A stretch of DNA of 64,000 bases from an uncultured Dehalococcoidaceae bacterium. Lineage in GTDB: Bacteria; Chloroflexota; Dehalococcoidia; Dehalococcoidales; RBG-16-60-22. Each line of letters starts with the position of its first letter. Position 1 is the first letter of the stretch. The position numbers and the translations under genes were made by a program. Shown here piece by piece: positions 19,469 to 28,809 of the stretch. Under the pieces are notes generated by a model. That model had not been told where the DNA came from. It saw only the letters and a list, made by a program, of their open reading frames with translations, and ran no database searches. The stretch lies in NCBI GenBank assembly GCA_964493435.1, contig CAZBMB010000003.1:194016-258015 (forward strand), written 5' to 3'.

Positions 19469-19767
19469 TACTTTGCCTCCTTGGCGCCGGGAAGGAGGGC
19501 GCTGACGACGTTTTGCGTGTGAACATGCTCGCCTTTGCTTATTGGCTGGCTGGCCAGGCCAATAACCTCCCCGTACTTCAGAATTTTTTCGCCCTTCTTG
19601 ATATCAACAACAGCCAGTTTGTGCCCGAATGGTACCGCCTGCTTGGCGGTCATTTCCCCAACCGGCCCCGATTTTGAGACCAGACCGATGCTTTCACCAG
19701 CCTCAATGTCACTCAGGGCAGTGGCGGTATTATCGTCGGGGTTGATCCTCATTGCTCTTTTCATCAT
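19468..19767 (-). CDS. UxaA/SuyA-type dehydratase small (SAF) subunit (second copy)
   Basis: 99 aa. GHKLAVVDIKKGEKILKYGEVIGLASQPISKGEHVHTQN. Its stop overlaps the large-subunit start. Confidence 0.8.
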   Translation of the reverse strand: MMKRAMRINPDDNTATALSDIEAGESIGLVSKSGPVGEMTAKQAVPFGHKLAVVDIKKGEKILKYGEVIGLASQPISKGEHVHTQNVVSALLPGAKEAK

Positions 19768-19981
19768 ATAGCATCCTCCTTAAGGCTGATATTTTGGGGG
19801 CCGGCGCTTTTTGGCTACGTTGCTGTCTCAAGAGCATTGCCCGTGACCCAGCACAAGCATTCAGCCAATATAAATTTGTCTAAGGGGAAAAGCAAGGTGC
19901 CCCCTGGCCGACAGATATATCGGCTAAATGCTAAATTAAATTTCAAATGATTGTCAAGTTTACCCGAGCCTTACTATCAAA

Positions 19982-20010
19982 TTGACAGCGCTTCTTTATC
20001 AAATTACAAT
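19982..20010 (+). promoter_or_regulatory. near-consensus sigma70-type promoter (TTGACA-17-TACAAT) for the 2-hydroxyacid dehydrogenase gene
   Basis: TTGACA at 19982-19987 and TACAAT at 20005-20010. A 9-bp direct repeat TATCAAATT at 19975 and 19997 overlaps both boxes. Confidence 0.55.
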
Positions 20011-20051
20011 GAGCAGCGGAGATAATCAGAAAAAGGAGGCTTGATATCGAT

Positions 20052-21056
20052 ATGGAGGGCAGACCAAAAGTGGTTCGTGTGGATAAGGTGATTGATCGCG
20101 ATGTCATCAAGGAGGAGCGCGAGGAACTGGCCAAGGTCAATGCCGAACTGGTGCTGGCCGAGTGTCAGACCGAAGAGGAGACAATTGCCGCTACCAGGGA
20201 CGCTGACGCCGTGCTCACGTTCTTTGGCCAGATGACGCGCCGGGTCATTGAGTCCAGCCCGAAACTGAGGGTAATCGTGCGCTACGGCATCGGCTATGAT
20301 ACGGTGGATGTTGATGCCGCCACCGACAACGGTGTGCTGGTGGTGAACCTCCCCGGCTTCTGCCTTGATGAAGTCGCTGACCACGCGATTGCGCTGATGT
20401 TGGCCTGTGTCCGGAAGCTGGTCTACTACAATAACCTGACCAAATCGGGCTACTGGGCGAAGTACAGTGAAATGTCAATGTATTCCTTCACCGACCGGAC
20501 GCTGGGGCTTGTTGGCTGCGGCACCATCGGGCAGGCAGTGGCCAGGAGAGCGAAGGGTTTTAACCTGAAAATTCTGGGCACTGACCCTTACGTGAAAGAG
20601 TCCGTGGCCAGGGAGCATGGCATAACGCTGGTGAGTATGCCGGAGTTGCTCGGTAAATCTGATTTCGTTTCCGTGCACTCGCTTCTGGGTAAAGAGACAC
20701 ACCACCTGATTGGTGAAAAAGAGTTCAGGCAGATGAAACCCAGCGCTTACTTCGTCAATACGTCACGCGGCCCGGTGGTTGATGAAAAGGCGCTGATTAA
20801 GGCGCTGCGGGAGAAGTGGATTGCCGGTGCCGGGATAGATGTCTTTGAACAGGAGCCGGTTGCTCCCGATAATCCTCTGCTCAAAATGGACAACGTGGTG
20901 GTTACCCCGCATAATGCCGGCTGGTCTGATGCTGCGGGGCAGCGGGCAAGATTGTGGGTAGGGCAGGAAGCGGTCCGGGTTCTTAGTGGTAAATGGCCCA
21001 AAAACTGTGTAAATAAAGACGTCAAGCCGAAGGTCGCACTAGAAAAGGGGGACTAA
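20052..21056 (+). CDS. D-isomer-specific 2-hydroxyacid dehydrogenase (PGDH/CtBP family)
   Basis: 334 aa. NAD fold GLVGCGTIGQAV, plus RGPVVDE and VTPHNAG. Confidence 0.85.
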   Translation: MEGRPKVVRVDKVIDRDVIKEEREELAKVNAELVLAECQTEEETIAATRDADAVLTFFGQMTRRVIESSPKLRVIVRYGIGYDTVDVDAATDNGVLVVNLPGFCLDEVADHAIALMLACVRKLVYYNNLTKSGYWAKYSEMSMYSFTDRTLGLVGCGTIGQAVARRAKGFNLKILGTDPYVKESVAREHGITLVSMPELLGKSDFVSVHSLLGKETHHLIGEKEFRQMKPSAYFVNTSRGPVVDEKALIKALREKWIAGAGIDVFEQEPVAPDNPLLKMDNVVVTPHNAGWSDAAGQRARLWVGQEAVRVLSGKWPKNCVNKDVKPKVALEKGD

Positions 21057-21065
21057 CAGTCCCCC
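21047..21065 (+). terminator. intrinsic terminator hairpin
   Basis: GGGGGAC-TAACA-GTCCCCC (7-bp stem; the stop codon sits in the loop), followed by TTCCCTTTGTTT. Confidence 0.55.
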
Positions 21066-21105
21066 TTCCCTTTGTTTCCCTAAAGAGCGAGGTAGCGATA
21101 AGTTA

Positions 21106-22041
21106 TCAGGCCTTGCGGGCGAACTTCTGGATTGCCCTCGGTCCTTTGTCTATTTTGAAGCCGGTGTAGGCGACCTCGCCAACGTAGATACTGCCCTGTG
21201 AATCAGCGGCAATGGCGTGTGGGGCGGTGAACAGGGCTTTTTCCCGGTCCTTTCCTTCCGCAGCCCATTCGGTTAGCAGCTTACCGTCGATGGTGTAAAT
21301 GCGGACCCTATCCGCCAGGTCAGAGATATAGACGATATCATCGTCGTCGATGAAAAGGTCGGTGGGACGGAGCTGGTCGGTCCACATATTGAGCAGCTTC
21401 CCCTCACTGTCAAATATCTGAATACGGCTGTTTTCACGGTCGGGAATCCAGACCCGCTCCTTTTTATCCACCCAGATGTTGTGGGGCAGGCGGAACTGGC
21501 TGGGGCCGGTGCCCGGTCCGCCCCAGGAGAACAGGTATTTGCCGTCATTGCTGAACTTATGTACCTGGGCGTTCCCATAGCCGTCGGCGACATAGATGTT
21601 TCCTGAGGGGCCAACGGCGACGCCGGTGGGTCGGTTGAAGGGCCCACCACCCCTGGTGATGGTCACCAGGCTGGCGAAGAAGTCGAACATATTGACGTAG
21701 CCGGTGTCCGATGGTTTGTCCTCGGTGCCGAGGGTCATGAGCAGCTTGCCATCGGCCGTGAATTTGCGCACGGTGTGATTGAAATCATCAGTGCAGAAGA
21801 TGTTCCCATCCTTATCAACGCAGCTGCCGTGTGCCCGCTTGAATATGCCTTCTCCCCAGGTGGACTGCATCTTTCCTCCGCGGTCAAAAATCATCAGGGG
21901 ATGAGGACTGCGGTTGAAAACATATACCCTATCCTGCTGGTCAATGGCGATGCCGCCAACGTCAAGTATCGACCAGCCTTCGGGATACTTCGCCCACCCA
22001 TCAACCAGTTCATACGTGTATTTACCGGAACCATAAGACAT
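21106..22041 (-). CDS. NHL-repeat six-bladed beta-propeller protein (lyase/lactonase-like)
   Basis: 311 aa. Repeated ...P.GIA.D..G.IYV.D... blades. No signal peptide seen. Confidence 0.7.
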   Translation of the reverse strand: MSYGSGKYTYELVDGWAKYPEGWSILDVGGIAIDQQDRVYVFNRSPHPLMIFDRGGKMQSTWGEGIFKRAHGSCVDKDGNIFCTDDFNHTVRKFTADGKLLMTLGTEDKPSDTGYVNMFDFFASLVTITRGGGPFNRPTGVAVGPSGNIYVADGYGNAQVHKFSNDGKYLFSWGGPGTGPSQFRLPHNIWVDKKERVWIPDRENSRIQIFDSEGKLLNMWTDQLRPTDLFIDDDDIVYISDLADRVRIYTIDGKLLTEWAAEGKDREKALFTAPHAIAADSQGSIYVGEVAYTGFKIDKGPRAIQKFARKA

Positions 22042-22128
22042 GCAACATTACCTCCTTATGCTTACTATACTCTGGAACTATCGTGGTTACACCGAATGGG
22101 CAACTCGCATCACGAGAACCCGCTGCAT

Positions 22129-22157
22129 TATATACATTTAAGGTTATTATCTGTCAA
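22129..22157 (-). promoter_or_regulatory. candidate promoter for the NHL gene (TTGACA-17-TATATA)
   Basis: Reverse strand reads cTTGACAgataataaccttaaatgTATATAat. The -35 box overlaps the stop codon of the upstream ThrC-like gene. Confidence 0.45.
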
Positions 22158-23287
22158 GGCGAAATCAGTTTCATTATCTTATCCGTGGCCTTAAGGCCAT
22201 GGCCGGTGAATACGGAAACGATGACTTCATCTGGACTTGAGCCAGGAAGGTATTTCTTTACGCCGGCGATGGTCGCCGCCGACGTGGGCTCAATGCAGTA
22301 GCCCATGCATCCCATCTCCACCAGCGACTTTTTTATCTCGTCCTCGCTTACCGTTAAAAATTCACCGCCGGTCTGCCGGACGGCATCAATGATTTGCCGG
22401 CCTCTTATCGGTTTGGCAATGGCGATGCCTTCGGCCAGTGTTTCCTTAGTTTCCGCTGGCGGGACTTCTGTCAGGTTTTCCCGGTGGGCACGGTAAAGCG
22501 GGGCGCAGTTCGCCGCCTGCACGCCGATTATCTTGGGCATGCGGGCGGTGATTCCCGCCCGCAGTAGCTCCTTGAAGCCGATACAGGCACCGAGCAGGAG
22601 CGTGCCATTGCCAACGGGAAGGATAACGGTGTCAGGAGGTTTCCAGCCAAGCTGCTCGCACACCTCGTAGGCGAAGGTCTTGGTCCCCTGGAAGAAAAAG
22701 GGATTTCGGGCATGGCTGGCATAATATGTCCTGGCGGCAGCCATCAGGGCTGCCTGTGCCGTGTCCTCCCTGGTGCCGGGTATCTGGTGCAGTTCGGCGC
22801 CGTACAGCCGTATCTGAACCAGCTTGCCGGCGGAAGTATTTTCTGGTACATAAATGTGGCATTTGATGTCAGCGCGGGCGCAGTAGGCGGCGATGGCCGC
22901 GCCGGCATTTCCCGAGGAGTCCTCAACTACCTCTTTTATGCCCAGCTCCTTTACCTTGCTGATGAGGGCGGAGGCCCCTCTATCTTTGTAGGAGCCGGTT
23001 GGGGACAACTGGTCCTGCTTTACCAAAATAATTCTGCCGTCAATCAAGACTTCGGACAGTGGGGTGAATCCTTCATCAAGGGAAACGATATTTTCGTCTT
23101 TCTCCAGGGGGATGGCCTCGCGGTAGCGCCACATGTTTGGCTTTCTCCCTTTTATCCTGACCGGGTCAAATGCGGGCGGAAAGTCAATATCCAGAATGCC
23201 GCCGCAGTCGCACCGCCATCGCGGTTCATCCAGCGGATATGATTTTCGGCACTCATTGCAGGTGAGCTGGCGCATGATAAGCCTCAT
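22154..23287 (-). CDS. threonine synthase-like PLP enzyme with N-terminal zinc ribbon
   Basis: 377 aa. CNEC...CDCGG ribbon and PLP-lysine motif SPTGSYKDRGA. Function (ThrC versus another beta-replacement/elimination enzyme) is not resolvable by eye. Confidence 0.75.
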   Translation of the reverse strand: MRLIMRQLTCNECRKSYPLDEPRWRCDCGGILDIDFPPAFDPVRIKGRKPNMWRYREAIPLEKDENIVSLDEGFTPLSEVLIDGRIILVKQDQLSPTGSYKDRGASALISKVKELGIKEVVEDSSGNAGAAIAAYCARADIKCHIYVPENTSAGKLVQIRLYGAELHQIPGTREDTAQAALMAAARTYYASHARNPFFFQGTKTFAYEVCEQLGWKPPDTVILPVGNGTLLLGACIGFKELLRAGITARMPKIIGVQAANCAPLYRAHRENLTEVPPAETKETLAEGIAIAKPIRGRQIIDAVRQTGGEFLTVSEDEIKKSLVEMGCMGYCIEPTSAATIAGVKKYLPGSSPDEVIVSVFTGHGLKATDKIMKLISP

Positions 23288-23679
23288 TTCTTTTTCATGG
23301 CGGCAATGGCGTCAATCTCAACCTGGAAACCATAGTGCAAATTCGGTGTCGGCACCACGGTGCGTGCCGGTCGGTGCTCGTCGAAGAATCGGGCATACAC
23401 CGCGTTCAATCGTTCCCAGAGCGACATATCGGCGATGTAAACGGTTACCTTCAGTACCTGGTCCATATCGCTGCCGGCGGCTCGCAATACCTCGGCGAGG
23501 TTCTTCAGCACCTGTTCCGTCTGTTCTTCAATAGAGCCGGTCTTTTTCTCTCCGGATACCGGGTCAATCGGCAGCTGACCGCATGCGTAAACGGTATCGT
23601 TGTGGACGATGGCCTGGGAATAGTGCCCGGCCGGTTCGGGTGCGCTTTTGGTAAGTATTATCTTCATTTTCCTCGGCAC
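23284..23679 (-). CDS. ridA: RidA/YjgF/TdcF-family reactive enamine/imine deaminase
   Basis: 131 aa. APEPAGHYSQA...GQLPIDP...ARTVVPT...EIDAIA. Its stop overlaps the ThrC-like start (ATGA). Confidence 0.85.
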   Translation of the reverse strand: MPRKMKIILTKSAPEPAGHYSQAIVHNDTVYACGQLPIDPVSGEKKTGSIEEQTEQVLKNLAEVLRAAGSDMDQVLKVTVYIADMSLWERLNAVYARFFDEHRPARTVVPTPNLHYGFQVEIDAIAAMKKK

Positions 23680-23751
23680 CTCCTTAACCGCTGCTGGTGC
23701 TATTCTGTATTAATGATAGTTGGCTGTCAATGGCTGGTGTTATAAAAAGAG

Positions 23752-23777
23752 AAGGCATGGAACCTGCTCCATGCCTT
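23752..23777 (-). terminator. intrinsic terminator after degV (end of the lipid operon)
   Basis: 10-bp stem AAGGCATGGA/TCCATGCCTT with a 6-nt loop. The reverse strand continues TCTCTTTTTAT. Confidence 0.65.
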
Positions 23778-23846
23778 ACCCTTTATGTGGCGTCCTATGT
23801 CGCTTACGCCTCATGCCGAAAACAAAACGGTAAAAGCCGACCGGTT

Positions 23847-24701
23847 CTATTCCGTATAGAAGGCGAGCGCTACCACCGGGCCGGTTGCCGAGGCCATGAC
23901 CGGAGTATATGGTGTTAAGTATACCTCGTCACAGTCTACCTGCGAGGTGACAATATCCCGCAGTGTCTCACCGGCAGCTATGCCATCGGTATAGTGAAAC
24001 ATGGCGTGCACCTTTTTACCGGGCTCGATGTGCTGCCTGGCCAGTTCCGTTATTTTAACCATGGCTTTCTGCTTGCCCCTCGCCCGGCCCAGGTTCTCCA
24101 CCAGGCCGGTATTGCTGACCATGCCGATGATTGGCTTCACCCCCAGCAAATCGCCGATAACCGCTGTCTTTGGTGCGCGCCCGGTTCTGATGAGATACTT
24201 GAGCGTGTCCATGGCGGTGACGAATTTTACCCGCGGAATCATACTGTTTGCGACTTGGACAACTTCTTGGAGGTTCTTGCCGGCTTTAGCGGCGCGGGCT
24301 GCCTCCAATACGATGAAGCCGAGAGCGCCGGCCGAAGTCCGGCTGTCTACAATCTCAATATTGGCCTTGGGATTTTTCTCCAGTACCAGCTTCTTGCCCT
24401 GCGTGGCGGCTTCAAAGGTGGCGCTCAGCGCCTTGGAAACAACGATGCAGACAATGCTGTCGGTCGACTTGCCCAACTCCTCAAAAATGCTGGCGAAATC
24501 GCCCGGACTGGCAGCGGCGGTGCTGCTTGAACCGTTGGCGGCATAGAAAAGCCGCCAGAACTCATCGTTGGTCAACTCCGTGTCCTTGTAGTGCTGGCCG
24601 CCGATGACCAAGCCCACCGGGGCAATGCGGATACCATACTCCTTGACCAGTTCCGGAGGCAGACAGCTGGTGGTGTCAGTGGCGATGCCTACTTTAGACA
24701 T
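23847..24701 (-). CDS. DegV-family fatty-acid-binding protein
   Basis: 284 aa. SKVGIATDTTSCLP...; typical DegV length and pattern. Confidence 0.85.
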   Translation of the reverse strand: MSKVGIATDTTSCLPPELVKEYGIRIAPVGLVIGGQHYKDTELTNDEFWRLFYAANGSSSTAAASPGDFASIFEELGKSTDSIVCIVVSKALSATFEAATQGKKLVLEKNPKANIEIVDSRTSAGALGFIVLEAARAAKAGKNLQEVVQVANSMIPRVKFVTAMDTLKYLIRTGRAPKTAVIGDLLGVKPIIGMVSNTGLVENLGRARGKQKAMVKITELARQHIEPGKKVHAMFHYTDGIAAGETLRDIVTSQVDCDEVYLTPYTPVMASATGPVVALAFYTE

Positions 24702-24722
24702 GATAGAACCTCCTTTCCGTAT

Positions 24723-25472
24723 TTAAATAACTCCGCCATCTATACAGATGACCTGTGCGGTAATATAACTCGCCCGCTCGCTGGCCAGGAAGGCAGCCAG
24801 TTCGGCGACATCGTCTGGCCTGCCGAACCGTTTCAGCGGAATGCGGGATAGAATAATGTCCTTGGTCTCCTGGGGCAGTTTGTCGGTCATCTCGGTGGTG
24901 ATGAACCCGGGGGCAATGGCATTTACCGTTATATTCCTTGAACCGAGCTCGCGGGCAACGCTCTTGGTGAAGGCAATCAGCCCTCCCTTGGCTGCCGAGT
25001 AATTTGCCTGCCCCATATTCCCCACGATGCCGGCGAGGGAAGCGATGTTTATAACCCTGCCCCAGAGCTGTTCCATCATGGAGCGCACCGCGAATTTGGT
25101 GCAGAGGTAAGCGCCGCGCAGGTTGGTGTTTATCACCTCGTCCCACGCTTCATCAGCCATCCTGGGCAGCAGGTCGTCCTTGACTATACCGGCGTTGTTC
25201 ACCAGAATATCGATTTTCCCCCATCGGTCCACGACTTCACGAACCATGGCCCTGACCTCTTTGGCTTCAGCTACGTTCGCCTTAACCAGCATTGCCTCAC
25301 CGCCGGCCTTTTCTATTTCCTTCAGCAGGCTGGCGGCCGCCGGCTCGCTGGTCAGGTAGTTGATGGCTATTTTTGAACCCAGGCTGGCCAGCCTGAGGGC
25401 GATTGTCCTGCCCAGTCCCCGGGAAGCACCGGTAACCAGTGATACTTTTCCTGCCAGTTCTTTCGGTTCCAT
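24723..25472 (-). CDS. fabG: 3-oxoacyl-ACP reductase
   Basis: Start refined to the ATG at 25472 (MEPKELAGKVSLVTGASRGLGR). The track ORF is extended into fabF. Contains NYSAAKGG (YxxxK). Confidence 0.88.
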   Translation of the reverse strand: MEPKELAGKVSLVTGASRGLGRTIALRLASLGSKIAINYLTSEPAAASLLKEIEKAGGEAMLVKANVAEAKEVRAMVREVVDRWGKIDILVNNAGIVKDDLLPRMADEAWDEVINTNLRGAYLCTKFAVRSMMEQLWGRVINIASLAGIVGNMGQANYSAAKGGLIAFTKSVARELGSRNITVNAIAPGFITTEMTDKLPQETKDIILSRIPLKRFGRPDDVAELAAFLASERASYITAQVICIDGGVI

Positions 25473-25480
25473 CTGTCGCT

Positions 25481-26722
25481 CTAAGGAAAGCGTTTTATTA
25501 TCAGGCTGCAGTTCTGGCCGCCCATGCCGAACGAGTTGGAAAGGCAGACATTTACCGGCTGGCGTCTCGCCTTGTTGGGCACATAGTCCAGGTCGCATTC
25601 CGGGTCGGGCGTTTCATAATGGATGGTGGGCGGAATGATTTCATCCCTGATGGTCATTACCGCGGCTATCGCTTCAATTGCGCCGGCAGCGCAGGCGAGG
25701 TGCCCTATCATGGATTTGTTGGAGCTGACCGGTATCTTATAGGCTCTATCCCCGAAGACTATCTTAATCGCTCTTGTCTCGGCGGCGTCGTTAAGACGGG
25801 TACTGGTGCCGTGAGCGTTTATATGGTCTATCTCTTTAATGGTAACGCCGGCATCCTGCAGTGCCATGCGCATGGCGATGGCCTGCGTCTCGGCGTCAGG
25901 TGCCGTCTCGTTGTAGGCGTCAAAGGACCAGCCAGCACTGGCCAGTTCCGCCATGATGGGAGCATTGCGCTCCTGGGCATGCGCCAGCGTTTCCATTACC
26001 AGTAATGCCGCCCCTTCGCCGAAAACAAAACCGTCGCGGTTGAGGTCAAAGGGGCGGCTGGCCCTGTTGGGGTCTGGTTCCCGGGACAGCGCTCCCACCC
26101 GGGCGGTGCTGGCAATGGATATCGGGTTGACATTGGCTTCGGCGCCGCCGGCAACGATTACGTCAGCATGCCCCAACCGCAGGTGGTTGAGGGCAATGCC
26201 CAGCGCATCGCTGCCGCTGGCGCAGGCGCTGTTCAGGCTGGTATTGGGCCCTTTGGCACCAATTTCCAGAGCAACCTGGGCCGTGACCATGCTCGGTGCC
26301 GTTTTGGTAATGGCTAGGGGGTCAACGCGCATCGGCCCCCGCTTCTTTATCAGCTCGCCCTCGTCAGCTATTTTGTCCATCGAACCGCTGGTGGCGATAA
26401 TCACCCCGACCTTCTCCGGTTTTTCCCGTGACATATCCAGCCGGGCCGATTCAATAGCCATATTCGCCGCCGCTATGGCGAACTGGGTGCAGCGTGATGT
26501 CCGGTCGACCCGCTTGGGCGGCATGTATTTTCCCGGGTCGAAGTTCTTCACCTCGGCGGCCACGCTGACCGGATAGGCGCTGGCATCAAACAGGGTGATG
26601 GGGCCAAATCCCGACCGGCCGTTTATCAACCCCTGCCAGTGCTCTTCAGCCGATAAGCCCAGGGGGGTGATGGCGCCCAGTCCAGTGATGACGATTCTCG
26701 GCAGGGTTGACGTTCTGCTCAT
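25481..26722 (-). CDS. fabF: 3-oxoacyl-ACP synthase II
   Basis: Start refined to the ATG at 26722 (MSRTSTLPRIVITGLG), overlapping the fabL stop. Active-site motifs ACASGS, HGTSTRLND and GHLACAAG. Confidence 0.9.
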   Translation of the reverse strand: MSRTSTLPRIVITGLGAITPLGLSAEEHWQGLINGRSGFGPITLFDASAYPVSVAAEVKNFDPGKYMPPKRVDRTSRCTQFAIAAANMAIESARLDMSREKPEKVGVIIATSGSMDKIADEGELIKKRGPMRVDPLAITKTAPSMVTAQVALEIGAKGPNTSLNSACASGSDALGIALNHLRLGHADVIVAGGAEANVNPISIASTARVGALSREPDPNRASRPFDLNRDGFVFGEGAALLVMETLAHAQERNAPIMAELASAGWSFDAYNETAPDAETQAIAMRMALQDAGVTIKEIDHINAHGTSTRLNDAAETRAIKIVFGDRAYKIPVSSNKSMIGHLACAAGAIEAIAAVMTIRDEIIPPTIHYETPDPECDLDYVPNKARRQPVNVCLSNSFGMGGQNCSLIIKRFP

Positions 26723-27507
26723 CAATCTCCCTCGGTCTCGGGATTTAGCAGCGTCAGTGATAAGCCGCCGTCTATCACAATCGTCTGTCCCTGAATCATT
26801 TCTGACTGCTGGCTGCAAAGAAAGGCGACCAGGTTGGCGATATCCTCTGGTTTGACCATCCTGCCGGCGGGTGTGGTCTGCCATACGGACTTTGGCAGGT
26901 TCGGGTCGGCGGTGTACAGTTTCAAAGCTTCCGATTCCACAGCGCCGGGAGCGACGCTGTTGACACAGATGCCACGGGGCGCCAGCTCAACGGCTAGGTA
27001 ACGGGTGAGGGCCTCCAGAGCCGCTTTGGACACGCCAACCGCAGTGTAGGCGGGCAGTACCAGGCGCGAGCCGAGACTGGAGATGCTCACCATCTTGCCG
27101 CCGCTTTTCATTAACCCGGCGGCTCGCCGGGCGCACAGTAAAAAGGCACGCGCGTTGATATTCATGGTCCAGTCCCAGCCGCGGTCGTCCAGTTCAATGG
27201 CAGACCGTGCCACACCGGAGGCGGCGTTATTCACCAGTATATCCAGGCGGCCGAACTCCGACTCTATCTCATCAAACATGCTATCTATCTGCTCCGGCTC
27301 GCCGACGTTGGCCTTAATGATGTGGGCTTTGACGCCCTTGGCCAGCACTTCCTGAGCCGTGCTCTCGGCGGTGCCTTTCTTGCGGAAAAAATTGATGATG
27401 ATATCGGCGCCTTCCTCGGCCAGTTTCAGCGTGATGGCACGCCCGATGCCCCGCGAACCGCCGGTAATCAACGCTACTTTACCGCTGAGCGCTTTTCCAT
27501 TGCCCAT
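26722..27507 (-). CDS. fabL: SDR-type enoyl-ACP reductase, FabL-like
   Basis: 261 aa. Strong resemblance, from memory, to Bacillus FabL (NNAASGV...WDWTMNINA...VGVSKAALEALTRYLAVEL...TPAGRMV...GQTI). Confidence 0.7.
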   Translation of the reverse strand: MGNGKALSGKVALITGGSRGIGRAITLKLAEEGADIIINFFRKKGTAESTAQEVLAKGVKAHIIKANVGEPEQIDSMFDEIESEFGRLDILVNNAASGVARSAIELDDRGWDWTMNINARAFLLCARRAAGLMKSGGKMVSISSLGSRLVLPAYTAVGVSKAALEALTRYLAVELAPRGICVNSVAPGAVESEALKLYTADPNLPKSVWQTTPAGRMVKPEDIANLVAFLCSQQSEMIQGQTIVIDGGLSLTLLNPETEGD

Positions 27508-27515
27508 AATTATGC

Positions 27516-27758
27516 TTATTTCCCTTTTTCGTCTATCTTACGCTCAATATAGGCGATAAAGTCTTTCATATTCTTGATTTGCTGCAGTTCTTCGTCCTGT
27601 ATCTCAATGTCGTAGGTATCTTCCAGTGCTACCAGTATCTGGACGATATCAAGGGAATCGGCATCCAGGTCTTCAAACGAGGTCTCGGGCGAGAAGGCGG
27701 TTTCCGGCTTGCGGGTAACTCTGGTTACTATCTTTTTCAGCGTTTCTTCGACTGACAT
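27516..27758 (-). CDS. acpP: acyl carrier protein
   Basis: 80 aa. Phosphopantetheine site LDADSLDIV. Confidence 0.9.
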   Translation of the reverse strand: MSVEETLKKIVTRVTRKPETAFSPETSFEDLDADSLDIVQILVALEDTYDIEIQDEELQQIKNMKDFIAYIERKIDEKGK

Positions 27759-27774
27759 CTGGGTCTCCTTTACC

Positions 27775-28809
27775 TCATTGCGTTTCAGAACTGGGAATTG
27801 CTCCGAAGCCAGCTTCTTTCAGTTTCTGGCGGGCTGCGGCCAGCTCTGTTTTCAGCGTGCCGACCAGGTCCTGCTCCACGGCCATCTTGGCCTGTTCAAT
27901 GGTCTTGGCAATTTCCTCATGGCGGCTGCGCCCGTGAGAAACACAGGCCACGCCGTTGACCGCCCAGAGCGGCCCGCCACCGCTGACTTCGGCGGCATTG
28001 GTGGCCCGCAGCAGGCCTTCAGTGATGGCTTTTATCTCATTTTCAGCCAGCTTACCTCTGACTTTTTCCTCAAGCCAGCCGGCGAATGTCTTGCCCAGCG
28101 ATTCGCAGAACTTGACCACAATATTGCCGACGAAGCCATCGCAGATGATGACATTGGCCTTCCCCGCAGGTATGTCATAGCCTTCCACGTTGCCGATGAA
28201 GTTCAGCCCGCAGCTCTGGAAGAGGGGATAGCTTTCCTTGACCACTTCGTTGCCTTTGCCCTCTTCGGTGCCAACGCTGAGCAGCGCCACAGTCGGATTG
28301 GCGATACCCAGCATTTTCCGGGCGTAAACCGTGCCCACGATGGCAAAGTCGAGCAGCTGGTATGGCTGGCAGTCCACATTGGTGCCCAGGTCCAGCATGA
28401 TGGTGTTGGGGGCAAAGCCGAGAAAAGGACCACCCGCCACCGGGCGGGACATCCCCTCGATGGTGCCCAGGATATACATGGCGGCGGCGACCACGCCGCC
28501 GGTGGGGCCAGCACTGACCACGGCATCGGCTTTACCTTCGCGTACCAGTTTGGTGGCCACGGCAATTGAGGCATCCCGTTTCTGTCGCAGTGCGTAGGCA
28601 GGGGGTTCACCTTCGACCAGATACTCGCCGGCATGAATGACTTCAATCTCAGCGCCGGACAGGTCATGCTTGGCCAGCTCCTGATTCATCCGGTCGGACG
28701 GGCCAACCAGGGCAATCTGCACGTTGTATTCTCTGGCACCGATAACAGTGCCTTTCACAATCTCTTCGGGGGCGTAATCGCCGCCCATGCCATCAACTGC
28801 AATCCTCAT
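27775..28809 (-). CDS. plsX: phosphate acyltransferase PlsX
   Basis: 344 aa. MRIAVDGMGGDYAPEEIV. Confidence 0.9.
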   Translation of the reverse strand: MRIAVDGMGGDYAPEEIVKGTVIGAREYNVQIALVGPSDRMNQELAKHDLSGAEIEVIHAGEYLVEGEPPAYALRQKRDASIAVATKLVREGKADAVVSAGPTGGVVAAAMYILGTIEGMSRPVAGGPFLGFAPNTIMLDLGTNVDCQPYQLLDFAIVGTVYARKMLGIANPTVALLSVGTEEGKGNEVVKESYPLFQSCGLNFIGNVEGYDIPAGKANVIICDGFVGNIVVKFCESLGKTFAGWLEEKVRGKLAENEIKAITEGLLRATNAAEVSGGGPLWAVNGVACVSHGRSRHEEIAKTIEQAKMAVEQDLVGTLKTELAAARQKLKEAGFGAIPSSETQ

